Shown piece by piece: positions 47,761 through 57,969 of a stretch of 64,000 nt of DNA (positions are counted from its first letter, which is position 1; the number at the start of each line of letters is the position of its first letter). The notes beneath the pieces were generated by a model. That model was not told where the DNA came from and did no database searches. It worked only from the letters and a program-made list of their open reading frames with translations. A program made the position numbers and the translations under genes. Source of the DNA: an uncultured Phycisphaeraceae bacterium. GTDB taxonomy: Bacteria > Planctomycetota > Phycisphaerae > Phycisphaerales > Phycisphaeraceae. The stretch covers positions 1-64,000 of the forward strand of contig CAZIWA010000014.1 in NCBI GenBank assembly GCA_964542875.1, written 5' to 3'.

Positions 47761-47800
47761 CCGATCCCCGAAACCCGAAACCCGGCACCCGATTTCCGAT
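47761..47800 (+). repeat. 5' module of the interspersed repeat (CCCGATCCCCGAAACCCGAAACCCGGCACCCGA)
   Basis: Matches the 5' halves of the copies at 49305 and 59205. An inverted partial copy (GGGTTTCGGGTAAAGCC) lies at 47691-47707. Located in the hisA / gfo divergent intergenic region. Confidence 0.5.
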
Positions 47801-47849
47801 CCCTGCTAAACTATCCCCCTTCAAATTTCCCAGACCCAAGGAACCACCC

Positions 47850-49157
47850 ATGACCACCCCAAAAAAACTCACCGTCGGCATCATCGGCGGCGGCATGTTC
47901 TTCGATGACATCATCGGCCAGACCTTTAAAGACTTCATGCGCGGCGGCATCGGCCCGGGCCTCTCCTCCATCGGCATGTCCCACTTCGGCCACCAGGTCG
48001 GCGGCATTGAAGTCGAAGTCGTCGCCGTCGGCACACACTCCGCAAAATCCGGCACCGCCGGCAAAATCGTCGACTGGTTCAAAAAAGAATTCCCCAACTC
48101 CCCCGTCACCGCCCACTACGGCGACACCGTTTGGAAAGACATCATCAAGCTCTACAAGCCCGATGTCCTCTTCGTCGCCACCCCCGATCACCTCCACGCC
48201 CAACCCATCTTGGACGCCCTCGATGCCGGCATCGACGTCATCACCGAAAAACCCCTCTGCCTCACCACCGCCGAGACCGACGCCATCCTCAAGAAAGCTC
48301 AGGAAAAAGGCCTCATCGTCTCCGTCGACATGCACAAGCGCTACGACCCCTTCGTACGCGAAATGATGCTTAACGCCCACCGCAAGTACGGCCAGATCAA
48401 CCGCGTCCGCGCCGTCCTCGAAGAACCCCTCGAAGTCGCTTCGGAGATCTTCGCCTGGGCCGAGCACTCCAACCCCTTCGCCTACGTCGGCTGCCATTGG
48501 CTCGACGTCGTCCACCATTACCTGAAGGTCACTCCTGTCGCCGTCTACGCCACGGGCCAGAAAAACCTCCTCGCCAACTGGGACGTCCACCACGCCGAGC
48601 TCGCCAAGCGCAAAGGCAAGAGCGCCGACATGTTCAAGCGCCACCACAAGATCAACACCTGGGACAGCCTCGATGTCGCCGTCACCTATCAGGACGGCAT
48701 GCGCGGTGACTACTCCAATAATTGGATCAACCCCGCCGAATTCGAAGGCGCGGTCAACCAGGAAATCGAAGTCTATGGCATCTACGGCCGCGGCTTCGTC
48801 GACCAGCAGGACCGCGGCTTCCGCGAAACCGTCTCCGGCGACGGCACCCGCACCCGCAACCCAACGTTCGGCGGCCGCATTAAGCACCACGGCGGAAACC
48901 TCGAGGTCTTCGGCTATGGCAAGGCCTCCATCGTCTCCGGCATGCTCGCCATCATCCGCCGCCGTGTCTTCGGCGAATCACTCGCCTCCCTCGACGAAAC
49001 CTACCCCACCGCCGCCAGCCAGCGCGACTGCGTGCGCATCATCGAAGCCGCCGGCATCGTCGCTCAGAAAAACTACGATTCCTTCCTCGCCAACAAAGGC
49101 TGCCCCGTCTCCGCACGCCTCCACGCCAACGGCATCGAAATCATCGAACCCAAATAA
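47850..49157 (+). CDS. Gfo/Idh/MocA family oxidoreductase
   Basis: ATG at 47850 (MTTPKKLTVGIIGGGMF...). Rossmann N-terminus, EKP motif (VITEKPL) and a C-terminal alpha/beta domain. 435 aa. The 5' part of the track ORF overlaps the hisA promoter region and is not coding. Confidence 0.8.
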   Translation: MTTPKKLTVGIIGGGMFFDDIIGQTFKDFMRGGIGPGLSSIGMSHFGHQVGGIEVEVVAVGTHSAKSGTAGKIVDWFKKEFPNSPVTAHYGDTVWKDIIKLYKPDVLFVATPDHLHAQPILDALDAGIDVITEKPLCLTTAETDAILKKAQEKGLIVSVDMHKRYDPFVREMMLNAHRKYGQINRVRAVLEEPLEVASEIFAWAEHSNPFAYVGCHWLDVVHHYLKVTPVAVYATGQKNLLANWDVHHAELAKRKGKSADMFKRHHKINTWDSLDVAVTYQDGMRGDYSNNWINPAEFEGAVNQEIEVYGIYGRGFVDQQDRGFRETVSGDGTRTRNPTFGGRIKHHGGNLEVFGYGKASIVSGMLAIIRRRVFGESLASLDETYPTAASQRDCVRIIEAAGIVAQKNYDSFLANKGCPVSARLHANGIEIIEPK

Positions 49158-49193
49158 GGCCTCCAAGGACACAGAAGGCCAGCGGCCTTTCGG

Positions 49194-49231
49194 GTCTCGA
49201 GTCTCGAGTCTCGAGTCTCGAGTCTCGAGTC
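49194..49231 (+). repeat. tandem heptanucleotide repeat (GTCTCGA) x 5.4
   Basis: Read directly. Five perfect GTCTCGA units plus GTC create four overlapping CTCGAG palindromes. Intergenic between convergent genes, just upstream of a terminator hairpin. Confidence 0.9.
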
Positions 49232-49257
49232 AGAAAATCATAAATTCCAACACACAC

Positions 49258-49293
49258 CAGAGGGGTCCCAAACGGGACCCCTCTTTCTTTTCC
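49258..49293 (+). terminator. Rho-independent terminator (bidirectional) between gfo-family gene and alpha/beta hydrolase gene
   Basis: Perfect 11-bp stem AGAGGGGTCCC-AAAC-GGGACCCCTCT followed by TTCTTTT. Confidence 0.8.
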
Positions 49294-49304
49294 AACTCCT
49301 TCCT

Positions 49305-49378
49305 CTACCCGATCCCCGAGAAATCCGCAGGCTTCTGCTCTGACCAGACCCCAGCCCCTAGACCCCAGCCCCTTCCTC
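49305..49378 (+). repeat. full-length copy of the GC-rich interspersed repeat (CCCGATCCCCGAGAAATCCG...CTCTGACCAGACCCCAGCCCCTAGACCCCAGCCCCTTCCTC)
   Basis: Colinear with 59205-59290. Its 3' block is shared with 46866-46900. It abuts the TGA stop (49380-49382, minus strand) of the hydrolase gene. Confidence 0.6.
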
Positions 49379-49379
49379 G

Positions 49380-50531
49380 TCAATCGGCATTCTTCGCCAG
49401 CCGCACCCCCTCAGCCAGCGGATATCCCTTGCTGTCCAGCGACCGAAAGTCCGGCGTCCCCTTCTCTTCCAGCACAAACTGCCGTAAAAACTCCAGCGTC
49501 TCCTGCGCCACCATCTGCACCTGCCTGGGGTTGTCAGGCCCGGCGCCCGCCCAGCGGTTCCCCGGCCCGGCAATACCGCCGAAATTGTGCTGCGCCCCGT
49601 CGATCCAAAGCAGATAACGGTCACCCTTGGGCGAGTTATCAAACGCCTCTTTACGCCAAAGCCCTGTCTGCTTATCCATACCCGGCATGGGTGAGCCATC
49701 GTTGTCGCCGGTGATCATCAGCACCGGCTTTTTGATCTTCGCAAACGAATCCGCCTTCACCGCCGCCCCCGTGCCGGGCGGGCTGATCGCCACAAATGCC
49801 TTGGGCCGGCTGTCGGTCATCTGCGCAGACCGAAGCCCCACCTTCAATTCCATGCCCGCCATCAGCATCGCAGTGTGCGCCCCGTAGGAGTGCCCCACCA
49901 CGGCTAGCTTTTGCGCATCCACCTTCCCCTTCAAGTCCGGGATCTGCTCACTGACCCACTTGATCTGGTCAATCACATGCCCCACATCCTCGGGCCGCTG
50001 ACGCCACTGCGATGTCACATGCTTGCTGGAAACCAGCTCTCCCACGTTCTTGTACTGCTCGCGTTCCTCCTTTGGCATCAGCGTCAGGCTGTCCCCAAAC
50101 GTCGGGCGGATCACCACAAACCCATTGCCCGCCCAGTAATCCGCCAGCGGCTGGTACCCATCCTTGGACCCCAGCGCCCCATGGCACAGCACGATCACCC
50201 CAAACGGCCCAGGCCCGACCGGATAAGTCACCCGTATGGGCACATCCCGCTCCCCTCGGCCCGGCTTCACAACCAGATCCTGCGCTTCCATCACCTTAAA
50301 AGCCATCGCCTGAGGCGGCGTCTGCGCCGCCGGCTTCTCAACCTTCACATCCGTTCCGCCATACACAAAACCGGCCCCCATCACCCCCGCAAGCATTAGC
50401 GCCATCAGCCTTTGACTGATGCTCCACCTCCGGATTCGCCGCCGCATGACGCTTTCCATAAAACCCTCCTTAAACCCCAGCCGCAAGCCGTTTCTTAATA
50501 CATAACTCCCTGATCTGACCACTAATTGCAT
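49380..50531 (-). CDS. secreted alpha/beta-fold serine hydrolase (dienelactone hydrolase / PAF-acetylhydrolase-like)
   Basis: GxSxG nucleophile elbow in VVGHSYGAHTAM, an N-terminal signal peptide and a downstream Asp/His. About 380 aa. Confidence 0.7.
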   Translation of the reverse strand: MQLVVRSGSYVLRNGLRLGFKEGFMESVMRRRIRRWSISQRLMALMLAGVMGAGFVYGGTDVKVEKPAAQTPPQAMAFKVMEAQDLVVKPGRGERDVPIRVTYPVGPGPFGVIVLCHGALGSKDGYQPLADYWAGNGFVVIRPTFGDSLTLMPKEEREQYKNVGELVSSKHVTSQWRQRPEDVGHVIDQIKWVSEQIPDLKGKVDAQKLAVVGHSYGAHTAMLMAGMELKVGLRSAQMTDSRPKAFVAISPPGTGAAVKADSFAKIKKPVLMITGDNDGSPMPGMDKQTGLWRKEAFDNSPKGDRYLLWIDGAQHNFGGIAGPGNRWAGAGPDNPRQVQMVAQETLEFLRQFVLEEKGTPDFRSLDSKGYPLAEGVRLAKNAD

Positions 50532-50760
50532 TAAAAACCCTACCTGTAGCCCCAGTCAAGCAAAATCCTCATCTTCCCTTCACAAAGTACCTCGCCTGCC
50601 CTCTCTTGCCGCCCAAACCCATGCCGCCAAGGTCGGTACTCCTATCCCCCGATCGTGGCCGCTCCCCTAGTACCCCTCAGCACTTTACCGATGACGCCAA
50701 AACAACCCTGCGCGTACTGTTTTTTGTAGGTAGACAACCACTCAAAGACTGGAGATTTGT

Positions 50761-51894
50761 ATGCGCCCACTCTTTGATAACTCGCGCCGGCGTCCCGCCG
50801 TGCTGACACTCTTGATCGCCCTTCTGGCAGGCCTCGCCGGCTGCTCCTCAGCCCCCCGCACCCGCTTGGGTGCCCTGCCCTGCCCCGGCACCTTCACCCT
50901 CTATGAACTGGCCGACCCCTCTAACCTCGGCCCCGCCCGCTATGAGTCCACTCCCCGCTTTGGTGAGGTCGACGAATGTGAACGCGGGATCATCTACACC
51001 CGCCGAGCCGGCTTCCTGGATCTCGCCCACCTGCGCGAAACCATGGACTGGTCCTGGTACGCCTCACGCAAGGTCGCCAAGGCGCTGCAAACCCGCCAGC
51101 CTTCAGTCGCCTTTGAAGGCTACGACGGCTGCCTCTTCACCCTCACCTTTAACTACCCCCACGACTGGGACACCCTCTCCCTGTCCGAGAAGCAGCACAT
51201 TGAAGCCCAGCTCTCCCGGAAAATCGGCGAGCTTGTCGCCTACCACGCCATGACCTGGCACGAAATCATCACCTGGTTCGGCTACCGGACCACCCTCATC
51301 ATTCCCGAGGATGGTTCGTCCTTCACCTATGAAGACACCATGTCCCACCTCGTGGGGATCTACGCCGCAGACGATGCCCTGCGCAACTCCACCGGCAATT
51401 GGGACAAGGATGCCACCCATAGCCTCAAGAAGCAGCTCGATCACCTGGGCGTCGTCTCCCAGGATGAGGCATCAGACATCGTGCATCTGGTTAAAAACCA
51501 ATGGTGGAAAGACGGAGTCTGCATCAAGCGGAACCTGGACCTCGGCCGCGACGCCGGCGGCATCCAGCCCTGGCTCGTCCGCGGCGCACCCGGCTCTCGC
51601 CTGGCAGACTCACCCGCTGAATTCTTCCCCCTCCCCTCGCTCTCCAACATCGCCGGTAAAGACTACACAGGCTTCTGGCGCATGACCATCAAACCCACGC
51701 TTTTGATCCCGGATGAAGTCAAAACCGTCTCCTCAGCGGCCCACCACAACATCGATCCCGACGTCCACTTCCCCATCCTGATGGATCGCATCCGAAAGGA
51801 AATGAAGCACAAGTTCGGCCCCATGGTCGACCGCCCCTACAACGACTGGCCCGTCAAAAACCCCGTCCTCATCACCGACCGCTCACTGGACTAA
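50761..51894 (+). CDS. lipoprotein of unknown function (DUF4056-like, tentative)
   Basis: Lipobox LAGLAGCSS. 377 aa with no catalytic motif recognised. Confidence 0.45.
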   Translation: MRPLFDNSRRRPAVLTLLIALLAGLAGCSSAPRTRLGALPCPGTFTLYELADPSNLGPARYESTPRFGEVDECERGIIYTRRAGFLDLAHLRETMDWSWYASRKVAKALQTRQPSVAFEGYDGCLFTLTFNYPHDWDTLSLSEKQHIEAQLSRKIGELVAYHAMTWHEIITWFGYRTTLIIPEDGSSFTYEDTMSHLVGIYAADDALRNSTGNWDKDATHSLKKQLDHLGVVSQDEASDIVHLVKNQWWKDGVCIKRNLDLGRDAGGIQPWLVRGAPGSRLADSPAEFFPLPSLSNIAGKDYTGFWRMTIKPTLLIPDEVKTVSSAAHHNIDPDVHFPILMDRIRKEMKHKFGPMVDRPYNDWPVKNPVLITDRSLD

Positions 51895-51944
51895 TCCTGC
51901 AACTCATGTTCGTCCTTATACCCGTCCCCCGACCTCCTCCTCCC

Positions 51945-52685
51945 TCACTGGTTCACACTATCCATCGGCCCCGTGGACGCGTTGATCGCCCCCGGCAGTG
52001 ACGCCTTGCGCGCCGAAGAATTCCTCAGCCAGCACTGGCTCTTGTAGCAATCGTTGATGATCGCCACCGCCTCGTCCACATCATCGGTCACGTAGAACAA
52101 ATCCAGGTCAGCGGCGCTGATCATGTGGTTCTCTTCCAGCATCGCCTGCTTCACCCATGCCATCAGCCCATCCCAGAACTTGTGCCCGATGAGCACCACC
52201 GGGAACGGGTCCACCTTGTGGGTTTGGATCAGCGTAATGGCCTCAAAAAACTCATCCATCGTGCCAAACCCGCCGGGGAAGCAGACAAACCCCTTGGCGT
52301 ATTTCACGAACATCACCTTGCGCACGAAGAAGTATTTGAACATCAGTTCGTGGGTCTGGTACGGGTTGGGCTTCTGCTCCATGGGCAGCTTGATGTTGAG
52401 CCCGATAGACTTCCCGCCCGCGTCGTAGGCGCCCTTGTTGCCGGCTTCCATGATGCCCGGCCCGCCGCCGGTGATGATGGCGAAGTCCTGCTTGGCCAGC
52501 TTATAGGCCAGGCGTTCTGCCGCTTTGTAATAAGGGTCATCAGGCCGTGTGCGCGCGGACCCGAAAATCGACACCGCCGGCCCGGTTTCGGCCAGCGTCT
52601 CGTTACCTTCCACAAACTCTGAAATCACCCGGAACATCCGCCAGCTTTCCGTGCTGAACCGGTTCAACGTCTCGTTGTTTTCCAA
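51945..52685 (-). CDS. LOG-family protein (TIGR00730; cytokinin riboside 5'-monophosphate phosphoribohydrolase-like)
   Basis: Canonical LOG motifs GGGPGIMEAGNKGA and PGGFGTMDEFFE. 246 aa. Confidence 0.85.
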   Translation of the reverse strand: MENNETLNRFSTESWRMFRVISEFVEGNETLAETGPAVSIFGSARTRPDDPYYKAAERLAYKLAKQDFAIITGGGPGIMEAGNKGAYDAGGKSIGLNIKLPMEQKPNPYQTHELMFKYFFVRKVMFVKYAKGFVCFPGGFGTMDEFFEAITLIQTHKVDPFPVVLIGHKFWDGLMAWVKQAMLEENHMISAADLDLFYVTDDVDEAVAIINDCYKSQCWLRNSSARKASLPGAINASTGPMDSVNQ

Positions 52686-52886
52686 TGGGAACCCTCTCTC
52701 TTGATTCTGTATCGTGGAACCGATGAATTGTAGGTTCGCGGATCGCTGTCAACAGCACTTGCCCAAACTTTTTCGCCAAACCTCAAAAATCCGGAGTGGC
52801 ACAGCACGGCCCAAAGCAGTGCTTGTCTTGCACGCGCCCACTCCTATGCTGCTGACTCACAAACTATCAAATTGTAAAAACCAACC

Positions 52887-55199
52887 TCACTTCGCCGCAG
52901 CGGCAGCCGGCGTCGCCGTCTTATTCAATCCCTTGGCATACACCTCGGTCTTGAGGATCAAGAGCGCCGCCACCAGTTGCGGGTCCAAACCCTTGGTGAT
53001 CAGGTCAGAAACCTTGGGACGCTCCTGCCCGGCAGGCAGCGTCGCAGGGTCGGCGGCCGCATCCACAATGTCCGCATCCTGGCGCACTTCAAAGGCCTTG
53101 ATCGCCTGGTCAGGCGTCACCGGAACCTTCAGGTCCGGGTCCACGCCCCACGTCCGGGATTCCGGCTTGCGGTGGATGATCCGGCCTTTGGGCAGCATGT
53201 AATACTGCGTTGTGAGCTTCAGCATCCACTTTTCGCCGTCAAACGGCATCACATCCTGCACGGAGCCTTTGCCGTAGCTGCGCGAGCCGACGATCAGCGC
53301 CCGCTTGTAGTCCTGCAGCGCGCCGGAAACAATCTCCGAGGCCGATGCGGACCCTTCATTCACAAGCAGCACCACCGGGAAATACGGATAGGTTTTCTGC
53401 GCCTGTGCCTTGAATTCCTGCGTGGTCACGCCGTCGTTGCCCACCGTGGAAACGATCGGCCCCGCCGGGATGAACCGGTTGGCCACCTCCACTGCCGCTT
53501 CCAGCAGCCCGCCCGGGTTGCCGCGAAGGTCCAGGATCAGCCCATTGATCGGGCCCTTGGCCTGCATCGCTTCAACGGCCAGGTCAAGGTCTTTGGCCGA
53601 CGACCGGATGAACTGGCTCAGCCGGACGTAGGCAATCCGGTCTTCCGGATCGATCCAATAGCTCCAGCCGCCCTTGGGCCGGCGCTCCCACCCGCGAATC
53701 GATTCGATGGGGATCTCATCGCGCGTCAGCTTAAACACCAGCGGATCTGTCACGGCCTTGCGCTCGATGGTGAGCAAAACCTCCGTCCCCTTCTTGCCCG
53801 TGATCCTTCGGACCACTTCATCCAGCGACCATCCCAGCGTGTCTTGCCCATCCACCTTGGCGATGATGTCCCCGGCCTTGATCCCCGCTTTAAGCGCGGG
53901 TGAATCTTCAAGCGGAGTCACCACCAGCACCCGGTCATCCTTCTTGGCGATCAAAATGCCCACACCGTAAAACTTGCCCTTGAGCGTACGGTCGAACATG
54001 TCTTTTTCGCGTGGCCAGATCACACTGGAGAATTCATCCAGGTTCTGCAGGCCGCCTTCGGTCATTTCATACACCATCACCTGTTCGGGCAGGCTCACGG
54101 TGTTTCTGTTGGCCTTTAAAAGGTCTTCCACCATGCTGTAGGCCTGCGACGTCGTCACATCCGGCCCCGCTGCGGCAAGCCGGGTGCTCACCTGGTCCAC
54201 GGCCTTCAAAAACTCCGCCACCTTTTCCGGCTCAGCCAGGCCCGGGAAGGCGTCTTTCATCGCCGGCTCTTTCACCAGCGTGGTCAGGGACTTGACTGCC
54301 CCCGCCACCAGCGGAAAGTACCGTTTATTCTCGATATGCGACCGCGCCGCCGCCACAAACACCTGCCGGACCATCGCCGGCTCAACCCCGTCAAGCGACT
54401 TTTGCCACGGCTCTTTTTCCAGCCGGATCGAATCCAGGTCATCATCGTTGGCCGGCTTGGTGGTCGCCGCCTTCGTCGGGTCGTTGGCTGCGATGGCCGC
54501 CGCATCCTGCTTGCGCTTTTCCTTCATCCACGCCACGCGTTCACGCAGCTGCTTTTCATACTCATCGGGGGCGTACAGCCGCAGGATTCGCGCATGCTGG
54601 CTCGCATCGGCAAGCGGTTCCCGGAAGCTCGCATGGTCGTCAAACAAGGCGTCCAGCAGCCGGTAGAAATTCAGGGCATCCAGCCACTTCCCGGCCGTCG
54701 CGGACGCCGTCGCCGCGTCCTTGGCCCCCTTCACCGCCTTGGCCACATCTTCATTCTTGAAAAGCTCGTTGGGGTCATCGGCGATGGTGTGCGCCTCGAT
54801 CGCCGCCACCAGCGCATCGTCATAGCGCTTGGCCTCGTCCATCTTTTTCAGCCGCTCGATGGCCTTGTTGTAAGACTCCTGGCGCGCTTTGGTGTACTCC
54901 ACCTGCTGCCCGCGAAACCGCTGAATGTCCGCCACCAAGTGGCTTTCCTGCCCGCTTGTGTCTTTCGTCTTCTCCAGCTCCGCCAGCACCCGGTCAAATG
55001 CGCCAAGCTGCGCATATCCCACCAGCTTTTCCGAAGTCGTCAGCGTCTTGGCCGGCTGCGTCGCGCTTGGCCCTGCCACCACCGCCGGGTCCGAGGCGCT
55101 CACCGGGCTCACCCGGGCGCAGGCCATCAACCCCAGCGCAAACCCGGCACTCATCATCAACCGTAAAACCGAGCCGGAGAAACGTTTTCGTTCAAGCAT
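52887..55199 (-). CDS. S41-family carboxyl-terminal processing protease (Prc/Tsp-like, PDZ-containing)
   Basis: Signal peptide. PDZ region (GVGILIAKKDDRVLVVTPLEDSPALKAGIKAGDIIAKVDG) and S41 catalytic region (GLILDLRGNPGGLL...). 770 aa with a long N-terminal helical extension. Confidence 0.8.
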   Translation of the reverse strand: MLERKRFSGSVLRLMMSAGFALGLMACARVSPVSASDPAVVAGPSATQPAKTLTTSEKLVGYAQLGAFDRVLAELEKTKDTSGQESHLVADIQRFRGQQVEYTKARQESYNKAIERLKKMDEAKRYDDALVAAIEAHTIADDPNELFKNEDVAKAVKGAKDAATASATAGKWLDALNFYRLLDALFDDHASFREPLADASQHARILRLYAPDEYEKQLRERVAWMKEKRKQDAAAIAANDPTKAATTKPANDDDLDSIRLEKEPWQKSLDGVEPAMVRQVFVAAARSHIENKRYFPLVAGAVKSLTTLVKEPAMKDAFPGLAEPEKVAEFLKAVDQVSTRLAAAGPDVTTSQAYSMVEDLLKANRNTVSLPEQVMVYEMTEGGLQNLDEFSSVIWPREKDMFDRTLKGKFYGVGILIAKKDDRVLVVTPLEDSPALKAGIKAGDIIAKVDGQDTLGWSLDEVVRRITGKKGTEVLLTIERKAVTDPLVFKLTRDEIPIESIRGWERRPKGGWSYWIDPEDRIAYVRLSQFIRSSAKDLDLAVEAMQAKGPINGLILDLRGNPGGLLEAAVEVANRFIPAGPIVSTVGNDGVTTQEFKAQAQKTYPYFPVVLLVNEGSASASEIVSGALQDYKRALIVGSRSYGKGSVQDVMPFDGEKWMLKLTTQYYMLPKGRIIHRKPESRTWGVDPDLKVPVTPDQAIKAFEVRQDADIVDAAADPATLPAGQERPKVSDLITKGLDPQLVAALLILKTEVYAKGLNKTATPAAAAAK

Positions 55200-55347
55200 T
55201 GAAAAGCCCTTTTAGACCGCCATCAGCAAGAAAGGCGTGCAAGACACATCATAGCGCCCTCAAATCCACAGGCATAAAACGCTCTGCAAACCCTCAACGG
55301 CCCAGGCCCCTTCCCCCTGCGCGACGCGGGACGCTTCTTCCCGCTTC

Positions 55348-57969
55348 TTATACGACTTTCCGCTGGCGGACCAACCCCACCACCGTCGAAATCATCTGCT
55401 CTGAGTCCCCGGACTTGGGAATAAACGCCGCCGCTCCCGCCTCGATCATCGTACGCGCCGTCAATTCATCCCCCAGCACCGACAGCCCCACGATCAGCGT
55501 CTTGGGCCAGCGCCTGATGATCTCCCGCGCGGCTTCCACCCCGTTCATCCTCGGCATGTTCACATCCAGCAGCACCACATCCGGCCGCTGCACCTCCACC
55601 GCCTTGATCGCCTGCACACCGTCCGCGGCCTCCCCCACCACCGTCAGCCGGTCATCAGACCGGAGAATATTGGCAATCCCCTCGCGCACGATCGCGTGAT
55701 CGTCCACCACCAGCACCCGGATGCGTGTATCGTCCAGCGCAAGGAACCCCGAGCCGTTCAACCCCCGCCCCTGAGGCGCCAGCACGCCCGATGCATCGTT
55801 GGCGCCCACCGCAGGTTGCCACACCAGTTGCGTATGAACGCTCTCGGCGCGCGTGTGCAGCGTCGCCCGTGTCCCCTTGCCCGGGGCCGACTGCATCACC
55901 AGTTTCCCCCCTGCCGCCGTCAACCTCTCCCGAATGCTGAATAATCCAAACCCATCGCGCCGCCCCCCCTGGCTGGCTGCCGCGTCAAACCCCGTGCCAT
56001 GATCCTCCACCACCACCGTCAGCCAGTCATCCTCCTGCGACACCTTCACCGTGGCCTCGTCCGTCCCGGCATACTTGGCCACGTTGAACAAAAGCTCCCG
56101 AACGCACTCAAAAAGCAGCACCTTCACGTCATCACTGAGAAATTCCCCATCGTAGTCCCCCTCCACGGTCACCCGCAGATGGTGCCTCTCATGCATCTCC
56201 TTCCCCAGCCAATTCAGTGCCGGCAGCAACCCCGCCTCATAAAGCACAGGCGGGCGCAGTTGCCGTGTCAGGTTCCTCGCGGCCTCCACCGCCGCATCCA
56301 GGTGAGATTCCGCCTTCTCCAGCGCCTGCGCCGCTTTGGTATCACCCACGCGCCCGTGCATCCGGCCCAGATGCATTTTGGAGGCCACCAGAAGCTGCTG
56401 CAGATCATCATGCAAAAGCGCCGCCAGCCGCTTGCGCTCTCGCTGCTCCGTCGTCGTCAGTTGCGCCGCCAGGCTTCTAAGCTGCGTCGTCTGCTCCTGA
56501 AGTTCCGCCGTCCGCTGGGTCACCCGCTGCTCCAGGGATTTGCTCAGTTCGCGCAGGTGCTTCTCGCTGGCCGCCAGCTTCTCCTGCGCCGCGATGCGTT
56601 CCAGCGCCATCGCCACCTGCCCCGCCACGCTCTTCATCAGTTCCAGATCATCTTCGCTGAACGTCTCCCGGTTACGCGCGCCAAACGACAGCGTCCCGAT
56701 CGTCTTTCCCTCCACCATCAGCGGATGGCATGCGTACGCATGGATATTAAATGACCGGACCAGGTTCGTTCGCGTGTCCACCGATTGCTGGATGTGTTCC
56801 GCCACGATCCGCTTGCCCTCAAGCGCCACGCAGCCACACACCGAGCCGCCATAATCCAGCCATTCGATCTTCCTGGCCTCCTCTTCGGGGATTCCGCCGC
56901 ACGCATTGAGTTTCAAGCGGCCCGAAGACTCATTGGCCAGATAATTCAGGAAACAGTCGCACCGTAGATGAGACGCCACCGCGGTACACAGTTCCTTGAT
57001 CACCGATTGCGCATCCGTCGATGAAAGCAGCTTCTCCGCGGTCTCCGAAAGCAGCTTAAAGCGCGCCATCGCTCGGAGCACCGTCACCTCCGTCACCTTC
57101 CGGTGCGTGATGTCCAAACCCGTCCCTGTGAACGTAAAAACCTTGCGCCCCCGCTCATGGCCGACGAAAGTCGCAATCCCGTTGGTTGCGATCCACCGCT
57201 GTGCCCTGTCAGGCCCGATGATCCGGTAATCCACCGCATATTCCAGCGCATCTTCAGATTGCATGGATTCGGCAATCGTCTTCGCCACCCGCTGCATGTC
57301 CTCAGGGTGGACTCTGTCCAGCACCCGTTGAAGCGGCAGTTCCTGAACCGTTTCCCCCCAGATCTCCCGCATGCGCTCGTCAAAGTGCATCATGCCCGTA
57401 CGCATGTCGTAGTTCCATGTACCCACACGGCTGATCCCCACCGTCAGCTTCAGCCGCTTTTCGCTCAGGGCCAGCGCATCCTCCACTCTGCGCCTGGCCT
57501 TCACGATCTCCAGTTGTGCCGCCACCCGGCCCACCAGGCTCCGGCCATCGTCCTCCCGGGCCTGCACATAATCATCAGGTTCTGACGAAATCCCCTGTGT
57601 CGTTTGTTGCCGGCCCGCTGGGCTTTGCACCGGCACCCCAGCTTTCGGCCAAAGCATCACCACCGGCAAGGCGCTCATGCCCCGCTGCGCCCGGACGGAG
57701 CCAACCAAGTCCCCCTCCGCGCTTCCGTTCCCCATGCCATCGACATCCGCAATCACCATCACATCGATCGGCTCCCGCACAACGCACGCCACTGCCTCTC
57801 CCGGTGTCACCGTGGTTACTGTCGCGCCCGTCTGGCTCATCTGCCGGCTCATCCGTTGGCCGCGTTGGGAATCAACACTCACCAGCATGACCCGCGCCCC
57901 ACCCAAAGGACCATTCGCAGGGGGCTTGCCCTGGGCATCAAGAGAGTCATTGCGCATTGGCTCGTTCAT
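55348..57969 (-). CDS. hybrid sensor histidine kinase (REC-like / PAS / GAF / HisKA_3 + HATPase / REC)
   Basis: NarX-type H-box (LLHDDLQQLLVASKMHL), an ATPase region (GTGFDAAASQGGRRDGFGLFSIRERL) and a C-terminal receiver (IRVLVVDDHAIVREGIANIL...VVLLDVNMPRMNG). 873 aa. Confidence 0.85.
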   Translation of the reverse strand: MNEPMRNDSLDAQGKPPANGPLGGARVMLVSVDSQRGQRMSRQMSQTGATVTTVTPGEAVACVVREPIDVMVIADVDGMGNGSAEGDLVGSVRAQRGMSALPVVMLWPKAGVPVQSPAGRQQTTQGISSEPDDYVQAREDDGRSLVGRVAAQLEIVKARRRVEDALALSEKRLKLTVGISRVGTWNYDMRTGMMHFDERMREIWGETVQELPLQRVLDRVHPEDMQRVAKTIAESMQSEDALEYAVDYRIIGPDRAQRWIATNGIATFVGHERGRKVFTFTGTGLDITHRKVTEVTVLRAMARFKLLSETAEKLLSSTDAQSVIKELCTAVASHLRCDCFLNYLANESSGRLKLNACGGIPEEEARKIEWLDYGGSVCGCVALEGKRIVAEHIQQSVDTRTNLVRSFNIHAYACHPLMVEGKTIGTLSFGARNRETFSEDDLELMKSVAGQVAMALERIAAQEKLAASEKHLRELSKSLEQRVTQRTAELQEQTTQLRSLAAQLTTTEQRERKRLAALLHDDLQQLLVASKMHLGRMHGRVGDTKAAQALEKAESHLDAAVEAARNLTRQLRPPVLYEAGLLPALNWLGKEMHERHHLRVTVEGDYDGEFLSDDVKVLLFECVRELLFNVAKYAGTDEATVKVSQEDDWLTVVVEDHGTGFDAAASQGGRRDGFGLFSIRERLTAAGGKLVMQSAPGKGTRATLHTRAESVHTQLVWQPAVGANDASGVLAPQGRGLNGSGFLALDDTRIRVLVVDDHAIVREGIANILRSDDRLTVVGEAADGVQAIKAVEVQRPDVVLLDVNMPRMNGVEAAREIIRRWPKTLIVGLSVLGDELTARTMIEAGAAAFIPKSGDSEQMISTVVGLVRQRKVV

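Noticed and set aside
49194-49231. Heptamer tandem repeat as a possible CRISPR array
   Set aside because: The units are 7 nt with no spacers. There is no leader or cas genes, so it is a simple microsatellite.
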